Assembly (NCBI GenBank): GCA_045633925.1
Contig: JAZQZG010000022.1
Span: 12,171-76,170 of the forward strand
Direction: 5' to 3'
Origin: Eubacteriales bacterium
Lineage (GTDB): Bacteria > Bacillota > Clostridia > Oscillospirales > CAG-272
DNA: 64,000 nt
The position numbers and the translations under genes are program-made. A model generated the notes under the pieces. That model was not told the DNA's origin and ran no database searches. It saw only the letters and a list, made by a program, of their open reading frames with translations. Below are positions 1 to 8,485 of this stretch, in pieces (position 1 is the first letter of the stretch; each line of letters begins with the position of its first letter).

Positions 1-187
1 GCTTGTATGCAAGACCTTCCGTGCCTATCTTATTATCATCAGATGTTTTTTCACTGTCGTTAACCTCTTCCTTTTCACTCTGCGCGTCGTTATCTTGTTT
101 TTCGGTCTCCTCACAAGAAGCAAAAGCGGAGATTGCCATAACGGCAACTAAAAGCAATGCCATTGATTTCAAAAGCAATTTTTTCAT
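1..187 (-). CDS. lipoprotein, N-terminal part (gene continues beyond the left edge)
   Basis: Reverse-strand ATG at 187-185 follows GGAGAAAAGG. Manual translation is MKKLLLKSMALLLVAVMAISAFASCEE..., a signal peptide plus lipobox FASC. It is absent from the ORF track because the window edge truncates it. I prefer it to the 3..308 + ORF. Confidence 0.6.
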   Translation of the reverse strand, partial: MKKLLLKSMALLLVAVMAISAFASCEETEKQDNDAQSEKEEVNDSEKTSDDNKIGTEGLAYK

Positions 188-406
188 ACCTTTTCTCCAT
201 TCAAAAGATTTTATATATTACCCACTAATTATATCACCGTTTGACTTTTCTCGCAATAGTTTTTTTAAAAATAATAGGTGCCGACCTTCTTATGCAAGCA
301 AACAATAAAAGCCTTTTCCTATTAAAACTTGCCTCTTTGTAACAAATAACCAAAAATGAGGGCTTATTTTTTTTACCTCCGGATACAATTTTGTAACAAA
401 AGTCTA

Positions 407-435
407 TTGCAAAATGCACAGAAATATTGTATAAT
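407..435 (+). promoter_or_regulatory. sigmaA-like promoter for the EF-G-like gene
   Basis: TTGCAA (407-412), 17-nt spacer, TATAAT (430-435), about 100 nt upstream of the start codon. Confidence 0.4.
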
Positions 436-538
436 TATTAAAAGGTTTGTTCAAATAAACCAATAAAACTTAGGTTTTGATTAAATTTGACGTCTTTTAT
501 TTAAAAAAACATATTTCGCGAGGCGAAAGGAAAGAGGT

Positions 539-2602
539 ATGCCGATGGCTAAATTTGACACAAAACAGATAAGAAATATCGTGTTGTTAGGACACGGAGG
601 ATGCGGAAAAACGTCGCTTGCAGAGGCAATGTTATATATTACGGGTGGTAGTGACAGACTCGGAAAGATCGAGGATGGCAATACCGTCTCTGACTTTGAT
701 CCCGAGGAGGCTCGCAGAGGATTTTCGCTCTCGGCTTCTATGCTTAATATGGTATGGAAGGATTGCAAGATAAATATTATCGACGCTCCCGGCTATCTTG
801 ACTTTGTTGGCGAGGTAAATCAGGGCTTGCGTGTTGCGGACAGCGCAGTTATCGTTGTTGACGGTAAGGCTGGAATCGAGGTAGGTACAGAGCTTGCTTG
901 GCAGTATGCCAACGAGGCAGGACTTCCCAGAGCATTCTTTATAAACAAGTTTGATGACAACGATGCACGTTTTGCAAGAGTTCTTGACGATCTTCACACC
1001 ACGTTTGGAAAGCACATCTGTCCTCTCACAATTCCTATGGTAAAGGACGGAGAGGTAAAGGGCTGTATCGACCTTATCGATCAGAGCGCTCACGTATTTG
1101 ACGATAACGGACGTCACAGCGTAGAGATAATTCCCGAGGAGTCCATGGAGGCTGTGGAGAAGTTCCGTGACATGCTTATGGAGGCTGTTGCGAGCACGGA
1201 CGAGGTTCTTATGGAGAAATACTTCGGCGGCGAGGAGATAACCCACATGGAGGCTATTAACGCCGTTCACGAGGGTATTATTCACGGTGAGATAGTTCCC
1301 GTATTCTGCGGAGCTGCAACTAAGCTCTGGGGCGTATGGACTATGCTTGATAAGATAAACGAGTCCTTCCCGCGTCACACCGCAAAGAAGCACGAGCTTC
1401 TTGCAGACGGTGACGAGATGGATATCACTCCCGACGGAGAGCCTGCTATCTTCGTATTCAAGACGGTTGCGGATCCCTTCGTTGGAAAGATGTCCTACTT
1501 TAAGGTAATGAACGGAAGCGTAAAGCGCGACCTTCTTATGACTAACAATACCACGGGAGATAGCGAAAAGCTTGCGCATATCTACACGGTAAACGGAAAG
1601 AAGCAGGTTGAGGTTGAGGAGCTTGCGTGCGGTGATATCGGTATGGTAGCAAAGCTTACCGCAACCAACACGAACGATACTCTCACCTGGAATAAGTCTT
1701 TCTCCTATGCTCCCATCGAGTATCCCACGCCCTATTACACCAAGGCTATGACGCCTGCAAGTGCAAAGGACGAGGGCAAGATCTCTCAGGCTATTGCAAA
1801 GATGCTTGAGGAGGATCTCACCGTTAAATATGAAAACAACGCAGAGACAAAGCAGATGCTCGTATCTGCGCTTGGAGATATGCACCTGGCTGTTCTCTCG
1901 GCAAAGCTTAAGAACAAGTTTGGCGCAAGCGTAAACTTTGACGCCCCCAAGGTTGCTTACCGTGAGAAGATAACCAAGAGAGTTGACGTAGAAGGCAAGC
2001 ACAAGAAGCAGAACGGAGGCTCCGGTCAATACGGTCACGTTAAGATAAGATTTGCTCCGAGCGACAGCGAGGGACTTGCGTTCAGTGTATCGGTTGTTGG
2101 CGGAACGGTTCCAAAGAACTTCTACCCCGCAGTTGAAAAGGGCTTGCAGGATGCTATGGTAAAGGGCGTTGCAGGCTTCCCGCTTGTAGGACTTGCGGCT
2201 GATCTTTACGACGGCTCTTACCACGACGTTGACTCCGACGAGCTTTCCTTCAAGACCGCGGCAAATATTGCATATAAGAAGTGCCTTGAGGAGGCGGCTC
2301 CCGTTCTTCTTGAGCCGGTTGGAGACATCGATATAACCGTTCCCGACGCTCTCGTTGGTGACGTTATGGGTGATCTTAATAAGCGTCGTTCTGCTGTTAT
2401 GGGTATGGATCCCTCGACTAAGAAGGGATATACCGTAGTACACGCAATAGCGCCTAAGGCTGAGCTTGTTGAATATCCTATTATTCTTCGTGCTATGACG
2501 CAGGGAAGAGGTAGCTTTGAGTATGCCGTTACCGGTTACGATACCGTTCCTATGAACATCGCTCAGAAGATAGTTGACGCATATAAGAAAGAAAATTCCT
2601 GA
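539..2602 (+). CDS. elongation factor G family GTPase, EF-G2-like paralog
   Basis: 687 aa. G1 motif GHGGCGKTSLAEAMLY, DAPGYLDF (G3) and NKFD (G4), with EF-G domains II-V recognisable in full length. The second ATG at 545 has better spacing to the AGAGG RBS. It is not in the rpsL-rpsG-fusA-tuf context. Confidence 0.85.
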   Translation: MPMAKFDTKQIRNIVLLGHGGCGKTSLAEAMLYITGGSDRLGKIEDGNTVSDFDPEEARRGFSLSASMLNMVWKDCKINIIDAPGYLDFVGEVNQGLRVADSAVIVVDGKAGIEVGTELAWQYANEAGLPRAFFINKFDDNDARFARVLDDLHTTFGKHICPLTIPMVKDGEVKGCIDLIDQSAHVFDDNGRHSVEIIPEESMEAVEKFRDMLMEAVASTDEVLMEKYFGGEEITHMEAINAVHEGIIHGEIVPVFCGAATKLWGVWTMLDKINESFPRHTAKKHELLADGDEMDITPDGEPAIFVFKTVADPFVGKMSYFKVMNGSVKRDLLMTNNTTGDSEKLAHIYTVNGKKQVEVEELACGDIGMVAKLTATNTNDTLTWNKSFSYAPIEYPTPYYTKAMTPASAKDEGKISQAIAKMLEEDLTVKYENNAETKQMLVSALGDMHLAVLSAKLKNKFGASVNFDAPKVAYREKITKRVDVEGKHKKQNGGSGQYGHVKIRFAPSDSEGLAFSVSVVGGTVPKNFYPAVEKGLQDAMVKGVAGFPLVGLAADLYDGSYHDVDSDELSFKTAANIAYKKCLEEAAPVLLEPVGDIDITVPDALVGDVMGDLNKRRSAVMGMDPSTKKGYTVVHAIAPKAELVEYPIILRAMTQGRGSFEYAVTGYDTVPMNIAQKIVDAYKKENS

Positions 2603-2617
2603 TATTAAAATACAGAA

Positions 2618-2656
2618 CCGAAAAAACAGAGAAAAAATCTCTGTTTTTTCGGTTTT
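2618..2656 (+). terminator. rho-independent terminator
   Basis: Arms CCGAAAAAACAGAG and CTCTGTTTTTTCGG, followed by a T-run. Confidence 0.7.
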
Positions 2657-2727
2657 CGCTTGACTTTGCATAGAATAAGTGCTATAATTTGAGGGCTGAA
2701 TATTTAATATGCATTGGAGATGAAAAA

Positions 2728-4155
2728 ATGCAGATTCTTTTAACTTTATCAATAGCTCTTTTAGTAGGACTTTTACTTTCTCGAGTAGCAAAGAAGTTAA
2801 GACTTCCTGCCGTTACGGCGTATCTCGTAGCGGGAATTTTGGTAGGACCCTTCTTGCTTGGTAGCGTGTCCATACAGGGTGTACATTTAGGCTTTTCGGA
2901 GGAGGATTTTTCTACCTTTAAGCTGATTTCCGAGGTAGCTCTCGGATTTATCGCATTTTCTATCGGAAACGAGTTCAGACTTTCCGACCTTAAGAAAAAC
3001 GGTAAAAAAGCAACTGTTATAGGAATATTCCAGGCGGTAGTGGCAACGGTTCTCGTTGATGCCGTTTTGATAGTTGTTGCGCTTACCACGGGAGTGATCA
3101 GCATTGAAGCTGCGCTCGTTCTCGGAGCTATCGCATCGGCTACGGCTCCTGCAGCTACGTTGATGGTAGTAAAGCAGTATAAGGCAAAGGGCCCGCTTAC
3201 CAACATTCTTTTGCCCATCGTTGCTATCGACGATGCCGTAGGTCTTGTTCTCTTTGCGGTATCCTTTGGAGCTGCAAAGGCAATAAGTATCGGTCAGATA
3301 AATATGCTCTCGATTTTGCTTGAGCCCTTCCTTGAGGTAGTACTCTCGCTTTTGCTTGGTGCGCTTATGGGTGTTCTCTTCCATCTTTGCGAGAGATTCT
3401 TCCATTCCCGTTCAAAGCGTCTTGCGGTATCGGTTACCTTCGTTTTGATGACTGTTGCGCTCTCAATGATAAAGTTTGAGATTGGCGGAATTCACATCGG
3501 ATTCTCGTCCTTGCTCACTTGCATGATGCTCGGTACGGTATTCTGCAATATTTGTGATTTCTCCTTGGAGCTTATGGACAGAGTCGACCGTTGGACGGCG
3601 CCGCTGTTTATTGCTTTCTTCGTTATAAGCGGAGCGGAGCTCGATCTTACGGTATTTACAAGCATCGGTATCGTTCTTGTCGGAATTGCGTATATTGCGG
3701 CTCGTTCGGCAGGAAAATATCTCGGTGCATTTTCAAGTGCAAAGGTTATGGGCTGCGACAAAAATATAGTTAAGTACCTTGGAATTACGCTTTTGCCGCA
3801 GGCAGGCGTGGCTCTTGGTATGGCAATGAAGGCAAAGGATCCTTCAAGCGGACTTGGAGAGTCGGGCGCTGTTGTTGCGCAGATTACACTCTTTGCCGTA
3901 CTTATCTATGAGCTTATAGGACCGCTTTTGACAAAGATATCCTTGACGAAGGCAGGAGAGATTGTTCCTCACGGACACGTCAGCGCGCGAGAAGAGGCGA
4001 AGAAGATTCTCGAGATGCTTCATTTGAGTGGACGCCACACGAGACATTCCGCTCATATAGACAGAAACGTAGCGCTTGGCGGCTCTAAGGATGAATCCTC
4101 TGCGAATGCGCTCAAAGTCGATAATTCTGATAACAATGAAAAAGATAATAAATAA
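2728..4155 (+). CDS. cation:proton antiporter (CPA2 / Na+/H+ exchanger family)
   Basis: Polytopic membrane protein. The N-terminus MQILLTLSIALLVGLLLSRVAKKLRLPAVTAYLVAGILVGP is typical of Kef/NapA-type exchangers. I chose the internal ATG at 2728 over the ORF-track start at 2689. Confidence 0.75.
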   Translation: MQILLTLSIALLVGLLLSRVAKKLRLPAVTAYLVAGILVGPFLLGSVSIQGVHLGFSEEDFSTFKLISEVALGFIAFSIGNEFRLSDLKKNGKKATVIGIFQAVVATVLVDAVLIVVALTTGVISIEAALVLGAIASATAPAATLMVVKQYKAKGPLTNILLPIVAIDDAVGLVLFAVSFGAAKAISIGQINMLSILLEPFLEVVLSLLLGALMGVLFHLCERFFHSRSKRLAVSVTFVLMTVALSMIKFEIGGIHIGFSSLLTCMMLGTVFCNICDFSLELMDRVDRWTAPLFIAFFVISGAELDLTVFTSIGIVLVGIAYIAARSAGKYLGAFSSAKVMGCDKNIVKYLGITLLPQAGVALGMAMKAKDPSSGLGESGAVVAQITLFAVLIYELIGPLLTKISLTKAGEIVPHGHVSAREEAKKILEMLHLSGRHTRHSAHIDRNVALGGSKDESSANALKVDNSDNNEKDNK

Positions 4156-4174
4156 ATTTATGAGGTGAATTTTT

Positions 4175-4888
4175 ATGAAAGTAACTGTATGGAATGAATT
4201 TCAGCACGAAAAAAAGGACCCCAGAGTTCTTGAGTATTATCCCGGTGGACTTCACGGCTATATTGCAAATTTCTTGAAGTGTGATGATATCGAGGTTCGC
4301 ACAGCGACTCTTGACGATGAGGAGTGCGGTCTTACCGATGAGGTTCTCGCAGATACCGACGTTCTCGTTTGGTGGGGACACAGAGCTCATGACAAGGTAC
4401 CCGACGAGGTAGTTGACAGAGTTCAGAAGTACGTTCTTTCGGGTATGGGACTTATCGTTCTTCACTCGGGACATCACTCAAAGATTTTCCGCAGACTTAT
4501 GGGTACTACCTGTAACCTCAAGTGGAGAGACAACGCTCGTGAGAGAATTTGGACCGTTATGCCCAACCATCCGATCGCAGAGGGCGTTGACGAGACCTTT
4601 GTTCTTGAGCCTGAGGAGATGTACGGTGAGTGCTTTGATATTCCTAACCCTGATGACGTTATCTTTATGGGTTGGTTCAATGGCGGAGAGGTATTCAGAA
4701 GCGGTTGCACATGGACTCGCGGACACGGAAGAATATTCTACTTCCAGCCCGGTCACGAGACTAACAAGGCTTTCCAGAATGAAAACGTACAGCGCATTAT
4801 CAAGAACGCTGTAAAATGGGCTTGCCCCGTAAAGAAGAATATTGTTCTTGAGTGCCCTAATGCAAAGCCTTTGGAGAATATTGATTAA
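4175..4888 (+). CDS. ThuA domain-containing protein (trehalose-utilisation-like, GATase1-like fold)
   Basis: 237 aa. [15 protein letters not shown]...VLVWWGH..H..V...HSGHHSKIF pattern characteristic of ThuA-like proteins. RBS GAGGTG upstream. Confidence 0.7.
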   Translation: MKVTVWNEFQHEKKDPRVLEYYPGGLHGYIANFLKCDDIEVRTATLDDEECGLTDEVLADTDVLVWWGHRAHDKVPDEVVDRVQKYVLSGMGLIVLHSGHHSKIFRRLMGTTCNLKWRDNARERIWTVMPNHPIAEGVDETFVLEPEEMYGECFDIPNPDDVIFMGWFNGGEVFRSGCTWTRGHGRIFYFQPGHETNKAFQNENVQRIIKNAVKWACPVKKNIVLECPNAKPLENID

Positions 4889-4900
4889 ATTTTGTGTTTT

Positions 4901-4985
4901 GGTGGGGGGAAGACCCCTTTTTGAAAAAAGCCTTTCTTCCCCCCAAACCCCCACCTTTCAAAAACCTTGAATGGGGGCTTTTTTA
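4901..4985. repeat. REP-like palindromic element, copy 1 (family also at 39538-39620)
   Basis: GGTGGGGGGAAGACCCCTTTTTGAAAAAAGCCTTTCTTCCCCCC...TTCAAAAACCTTGAA. It shares the 15-mer CCTTTTTGAAAAAAG and the TTCAAAAACYTTGAA palindrome with the 39.5 kb copy. Confidence 0.7.
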
Positions 4986-5047
4986 TTTTTTACACACTTG
5001 CTGACGGACGCTATCGGGAGAGTTGTTACAAATTTAGGAGCGCGGTG

Positions 5048-5388
5048 CCCGATTTTTGGCTGTCGGCACTGCCGACCTGTTTACGCAAACAAACTGTATA
5101 AGCCTTCTCCAGTGGGAGAAGGTGGCAGCCGCAGGCTGACGGATGAGGTGTCCTCTATACAAAAGTGATTTTTATTTTATTGTTTATGATTTTATTTTTT
5201 TACGGCTTTAGTAGCAAAAATTTATATTTTCAAATAACACCTCATCCACCGCTATCGCGGTCCCCCTTCCCCCACTGGGGAAGGCTTTTTGTTTCCTTAT
5301 CCCTCAGCAATAAATACCGCCGTATGGGTCGGATAGACGCCCCTTTTTAATTAATGCCTGACTTTTGGCTGTCGGCACCGCCGACCTT
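5048..5388. repeat. nested palindromic repeat cluster (Y-X-AT-rich-X'-Y)
   Basis: Y is a direct repeat, GCCYGAYTTTTGGCTGTCGGCACYGCCGACCT, at 5048-5080 and 5356-5388. X (5101-5151) and X' (5236-5286) are imperfect inverted copies, AGCCTTCYCCAGTGGGRGAAGG...GGATGAGGTGT, flanking an 85-nt AT-rich core. Confidence 0.75.
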
Positions 5389-5451
5389 TTTTAAAATAAA
5401 AAAGAGGGAGAAGATTCTCTTTAAGAAAAATCCTCTCCCATAAATAACGTA

Positions 5452-6591
5452 TTATTCCTCTATATATTCGTCTTTTTTAATATTGCCTTCGTGGTCGTTA
5501 AAGACAACGTGCTTCTTGCCGCTCTTCTCAAGAGTGAGAGCACAGCCCACAAAGCCCGCAGGACGCTCTTTTTCCTTGTTAGGGAATCTCGGACGTGATC
5601 CTACGATAACAGGGCAGGGCTGACCCTTATGGTCTGCCTCACAGCCTTTATAATAGATGCTCGTGTGATGCTCGTGACCGCAGAGCATAAGATCGGGCTT
5701 TATCTCCTCACGGAGAAGGCGCGCCCACTCCGAATAGGTGTCGATCTCGATATCGAACGGAGGCTCGTAGGTATTGGTGAATACGAGGTGACATACAACG
5801 AGCTTGTGCTCAACGCCATCTGCTTCATATTCGTCCTTTGCGTTCTCGATTACCTCTTTTATAAACTCGGTCTCTGCAAGTCTGAACTGATGGAAGCATA
5901 CGGTAACGCCATACTCTGGGTGACCGTCTACTTTATCCTCACCGCAGTCAAGAACCATACCCCAAATCGAGCCTACACGGAAGGTGTAGTAGGTCTTTCC
6001 GTTGATGGTAGGAATGAAATTGGGCATATCCTCTGCGTGAATGCCGCGAGTATCGTGGTTTCCTCTTGCGAAAACTACGGGGCAGGAGCCACCGGTGATA
6101 GCCGAGGCGATCTCATAGATAGCGTTAAAATTCTCGATATCTCCGCTGTGGTTGGGAATATCTCCGTTGAGAACCAAAAGGTCGATCTTGTCTCCAAAAT
6201 AGCGTCCTGCGGCAACGGGCTCCTCAACGAGGTTGTGCGCATCTGCTATGTGATAGATGTTTATATCTCTGTCGGTCGGAACGGGTCTGAAAGAAAGAGT
6301 CAGTGATCTCTCGTCCTCGCTTATGGGGAAGTAGGGGCGTCTGTCTATCATTTTGATGTAGTGAACGGTGTACTCGCCGGCGCTGTCAAGAACCGAGCAG
6401 GGAAGCTCTACCTTGTGCATTCTTGTGTTCGAGCGGAATATTCCGTTGCAATCGTCATAGTAGGTCTTATCTTTAACAGTTACCCACATAATTACCTCGT
6501 CGTCAAAGGGAACGAAGATAAAATATTTCTTTCCTGCAGCCATTACCGTGGGGTAGCAATGCATATATTCGGGAAGTGTTACTTGATTCAT
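5452..6591 (-). CDS. metallophosphoesterase (calcineurin-like phosphoesterase)
   Basis: Motifs DAHN, GDIPNH, GNHD and CGHEHH. I chose the ATG at 6591 (MNQVTLPEY...) because AGGAGG lies 7 nt upstream; the ORF-track start is 6609. Confidence 0.8.
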   Translation of the reverse strand: MNQVTLPEYMHCYPTVMAAGKKYFIFVPFDDEVIMWVTVKDKTYYDDCNGIFRSNTRMHKVELPCSVLDSAGEYTVHYIKMIDRRPYFPISEDERSLTLSFRPVPTDRDINIYHIADAHNLVEEPVAAGRYFGDKIDLLVLNGDIPNHSGDIENFNAIYEIASAITGGSCPVVFARGNHDTRGIHAEDMPNFIPTINGKTYYTFRVGSIWGMVLDCGEDKVDGHPEYGVTVCFHQFRLAETEFIKEVIENAKDEYEADGVEHKLVVCHLVFTNTYEPPFDIEIDTYSEWARLLREEIKPDLMLCGHEHHTSIYYKGCEADHKGQPCPVIVGSRPRFPNKEKERPAGFVGCALTLEKSGKKHVVFNDHEGNIKKDEYIEE

Positions 6592-6680
6592 TTTTTCCTC
6601 CTTTGGCAAAATGCCTGTCTGTTTAGATTATAGCACAGAATAGGATTTTTTTCAACGATTAAAAAATTTTTTAAAAAATA

Positions 6681-6709
6681 TTGACAAAATAGGGGCTATG
6701 TGCTATAAT
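6681..6709 (+). promoter_or_regulatory. sigmaA-like promoter of the T-box/trpB2 unit
   Basis: TTGACA (6681-6686), 17-nt spacer, TATAAT (6704-6709). Confidence 0.6.
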
Positions 6710-6711
6710 TC

Positions 6712-6973
6712 ATTTAAACCGATGAAGAGGAGAAGTAGGCTTAGCACCGAACCTCAGCGAGTCGCAGGCGGTGGAAGTGCGACGTTCAGGATGAGTACGA
6801 ATGGACCTCTGAGGGCAAGCGGAAACGCATTTTGCGGAGTATGTGCGACGGAACCTTCCGTAAGTAGGGCTTGCGTATAAAGGTACGCAGAGAGAGGATG
6901 CTTTTTGCATCAAGCAGGGTGGCACCGCAGGAGATTCCTGTCCCGGCAAAGTAATTTGCGGGGCAGTTTTTTT
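6712..6973 (+). promoter_or_regulatory. T-box leader (tRNA-Trp specifier) with terminator
   Basis: AGTA/GAA specifier-loop context with UGG at 6802-6804 followed by A. Conserved T-box sequence GGGTGGCACCGCAG at 6917-6930. Terminator hairpin CTGTCCCGGCAAA/TTTGCGGGGCAG plus T7 at 6938-6973, directly upstream of trpB2. Confidence 0.85.
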
Positions 6974-7004
6974 GTGCCCCTCTATACGAAAGGAGACATA
7001 TATT

Positions 7005-8375
7005 ATGTCAGAGAAGAAGATACCTTATAAGATCTATCTTGAAGAGAGCGAAATGCCTAAGGAATGGTATAACGTTAGAGCTGATATGAAAAAGAAGCCC
7101 GCGCCTCTTCTTAATCCCGAAACTCACGAGGTTATGAGCGCAGAGGAGCTTTCAGCCGTATTCTGCGATGAGCTCGTTCGTCAGGAGCTTGACGATACCA
7201 CGGCATATTTCCCCATTCCCGAGGAGATAAGTCAGTTCTATAAGATGTACCGTCCCGCGCCTTTGATAAGAGCTTATTGCTTGGAAGAGAAGATGCAGAC
7301 CCCTGCAAAGATATATTACAAGTTTGAGGGTAATAACACGAGCGGTAGCCACAAGCTCAATTCCGCTATTGCTCAGGCGTATTACGCAAAGCAGCAGGGA
7401 CTTCGCGGAGTTACCACCGAGACCGGTGCAGGTCAGTGGGGAACTGCTCTTTCCATGGCTTGCGCTTACTTGGGACTCGACTGTAACGTATATATGGTTA
7501 AGTGCTCCTATGAGCAGAAGCCCTTCAGACGTGAGGTTATGCGTACCTATGGTGCAACCGTAACGCCTTCTCCCTCTATGGATACCGAGGTTGGAAGAAA
7601 GATACTTGCCGAGCATCCCGGAACGTCGGGAAGCCTTGGTTGCGCAGTCTCCGAGGCTGTTGAGGCTGCATCCAAGAAGGAGGGCTACAGATACGTTTTG
7701 GGAAGTGTGCTCAATCAGGTAATGCTTCATCAGTCTATCATCGGACTTGAGACCAAGGCGGCTCTTGATAAATACGGCATTAAGGCAGATATAATTATCG
7801 GTTGCGCAGGCGGCGGATCTAACCTTGGCGGACTTATCGCGCCCTTTATGGGTGAGAAGCTTCGCGGTGAGGCTGACTATCGTTTTATCGCAGTTGAGCC
7901 TATGTCCTGCCCCAGCTTGACTCGCGGAAAGTACGTATTTGATTATTGTGATACGGGTATGATCTGTCCCCTTGTTAAGATGTACACTCTGGGAAGCAAC
8001 TTTATCCCTGCGGCAACTCATGCAGGCGGACTCCGTTACCACGGAATGAATCCCACGCTCTCCGAGCTTTACGATCAGGGTCTTATGGAGGCTGTTTCGG
8101 TAGAGCAGACATCGGTATTTGCGGCGGCTGAATATTTTGCAAGAGTAGAGGGAATCCTTCCCGCTCCCGAGAGCTCCCACGCAATAAAGGTTGCTATCGA
8201 CGAGGCGCTTAAGTGTAAGGAGACCGGTGAGGAAAAGACTATCGTATTCGGTCTTACCGGTACGGGATATTTCGATATGATGTCCTATGGCAAGTTCCAC
8301 GAGGGCAAGCTCAGCGATTATGCGCCCGCTGAGGAGGAGCTTGAGGCAGCGTTTGCTCGTTTCCCTAAGATATAA
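7005..8375 (+). CDS. trpB: tryptophan synthase beta chain, TrpB2-type (stand-alone)
   Basis: 456 aa. The long N-terminal extension (PYKIYLEESEMPKEWYN...LLNPETHE) and PLP-enzyme core (SGSHKLNSA, GCAGGGSN) are typical of TrpB2. GGAGA RBS before the ATG at 7005. No trpA or other trp genes lie nearby. Confidence 0.85.
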   Translation: MSEKKIPYKIYLEESEMPKEWYNVRADMKKKPAPLLNPETHEVMSAEELSAVFCDELVRQELDDTTAYFPIPEEISQFYKMYRPAPLIRAYCLEEKMQTPAKIYYKFEGNNTSGSHKLNSAIAQAYYAKQQGLRGVTTETGAGQWGTALSMACAYLGLDCNVYMVKCSYEQKPFRREVMRTYGATVTPSPSMDTEVGRKILAEHPGTSGSLGCAVSEAVEAASKKEGYRYVLGSVLNQVMLHQSIIGLETKAALDKYGIKADIIIGCAGGGSNLGGLIAPFMGEKLRGEADYRFIAVEPMSCPSLTRGKYVFDYCDTGMICPLVKMYTLGSNFIPAATHAGGLRYHGMNPTLSELYDQGLMEAVSVEQTSVFAAAEYFARVEGILPAPESSHAIKVAIDEALKCKETGEEKTIVFGLTGTGYFDMMSYGKFHEGKLSDYAPAEEELEAAFARFPKI

Positions 8376-8425
8376 TAAAAAAGATATTTGGCTTTATTTA
8401 GTTTGATATCGATAAATTCAAATAG

Positions 8426-8458
8426 AAAAGCTCGGCGAATTTTCGCCGAGCTTTTTTG
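8426..8458. terminator. bidirectional rho-independent terminator
   Basis: AAAAGCTCGGCGAA-TTT-TCGCCGAGCTTTTTT between convergent genes. Confidence 0.75.
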
Positions 8459-8485
8459 TTTGCAAAATTCAGTTATGCACCTTAA

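Noticed and set aside
3-308. 101-aa plus-strand ORF at the left edge
   Set aside because: It is the mirror frame of a reverse-strand gene with a clean RBS, signal peptide and lipobox (MKKLLLKS...FASC). The plus-strand product has no features.
632-2791. 719-aa ORF on the reverse strand across the EF-G-like gene
   Set aside because: It is an antisense shadow of a confidently identified gene. The product is low-complexity, rich in L/S/R/V, with no recognisable motifs and no RBS.
4971-5350. Small ORFs (65 aa and 61 aa) inside the repeat cluster, encoding GEGGSRRLTDE- and PHWGRL-type peptides
   Set aside because: They are read-through of palindromic REP-like DNA. There is no RBS, and the frames are defined by the repeat units themselves.
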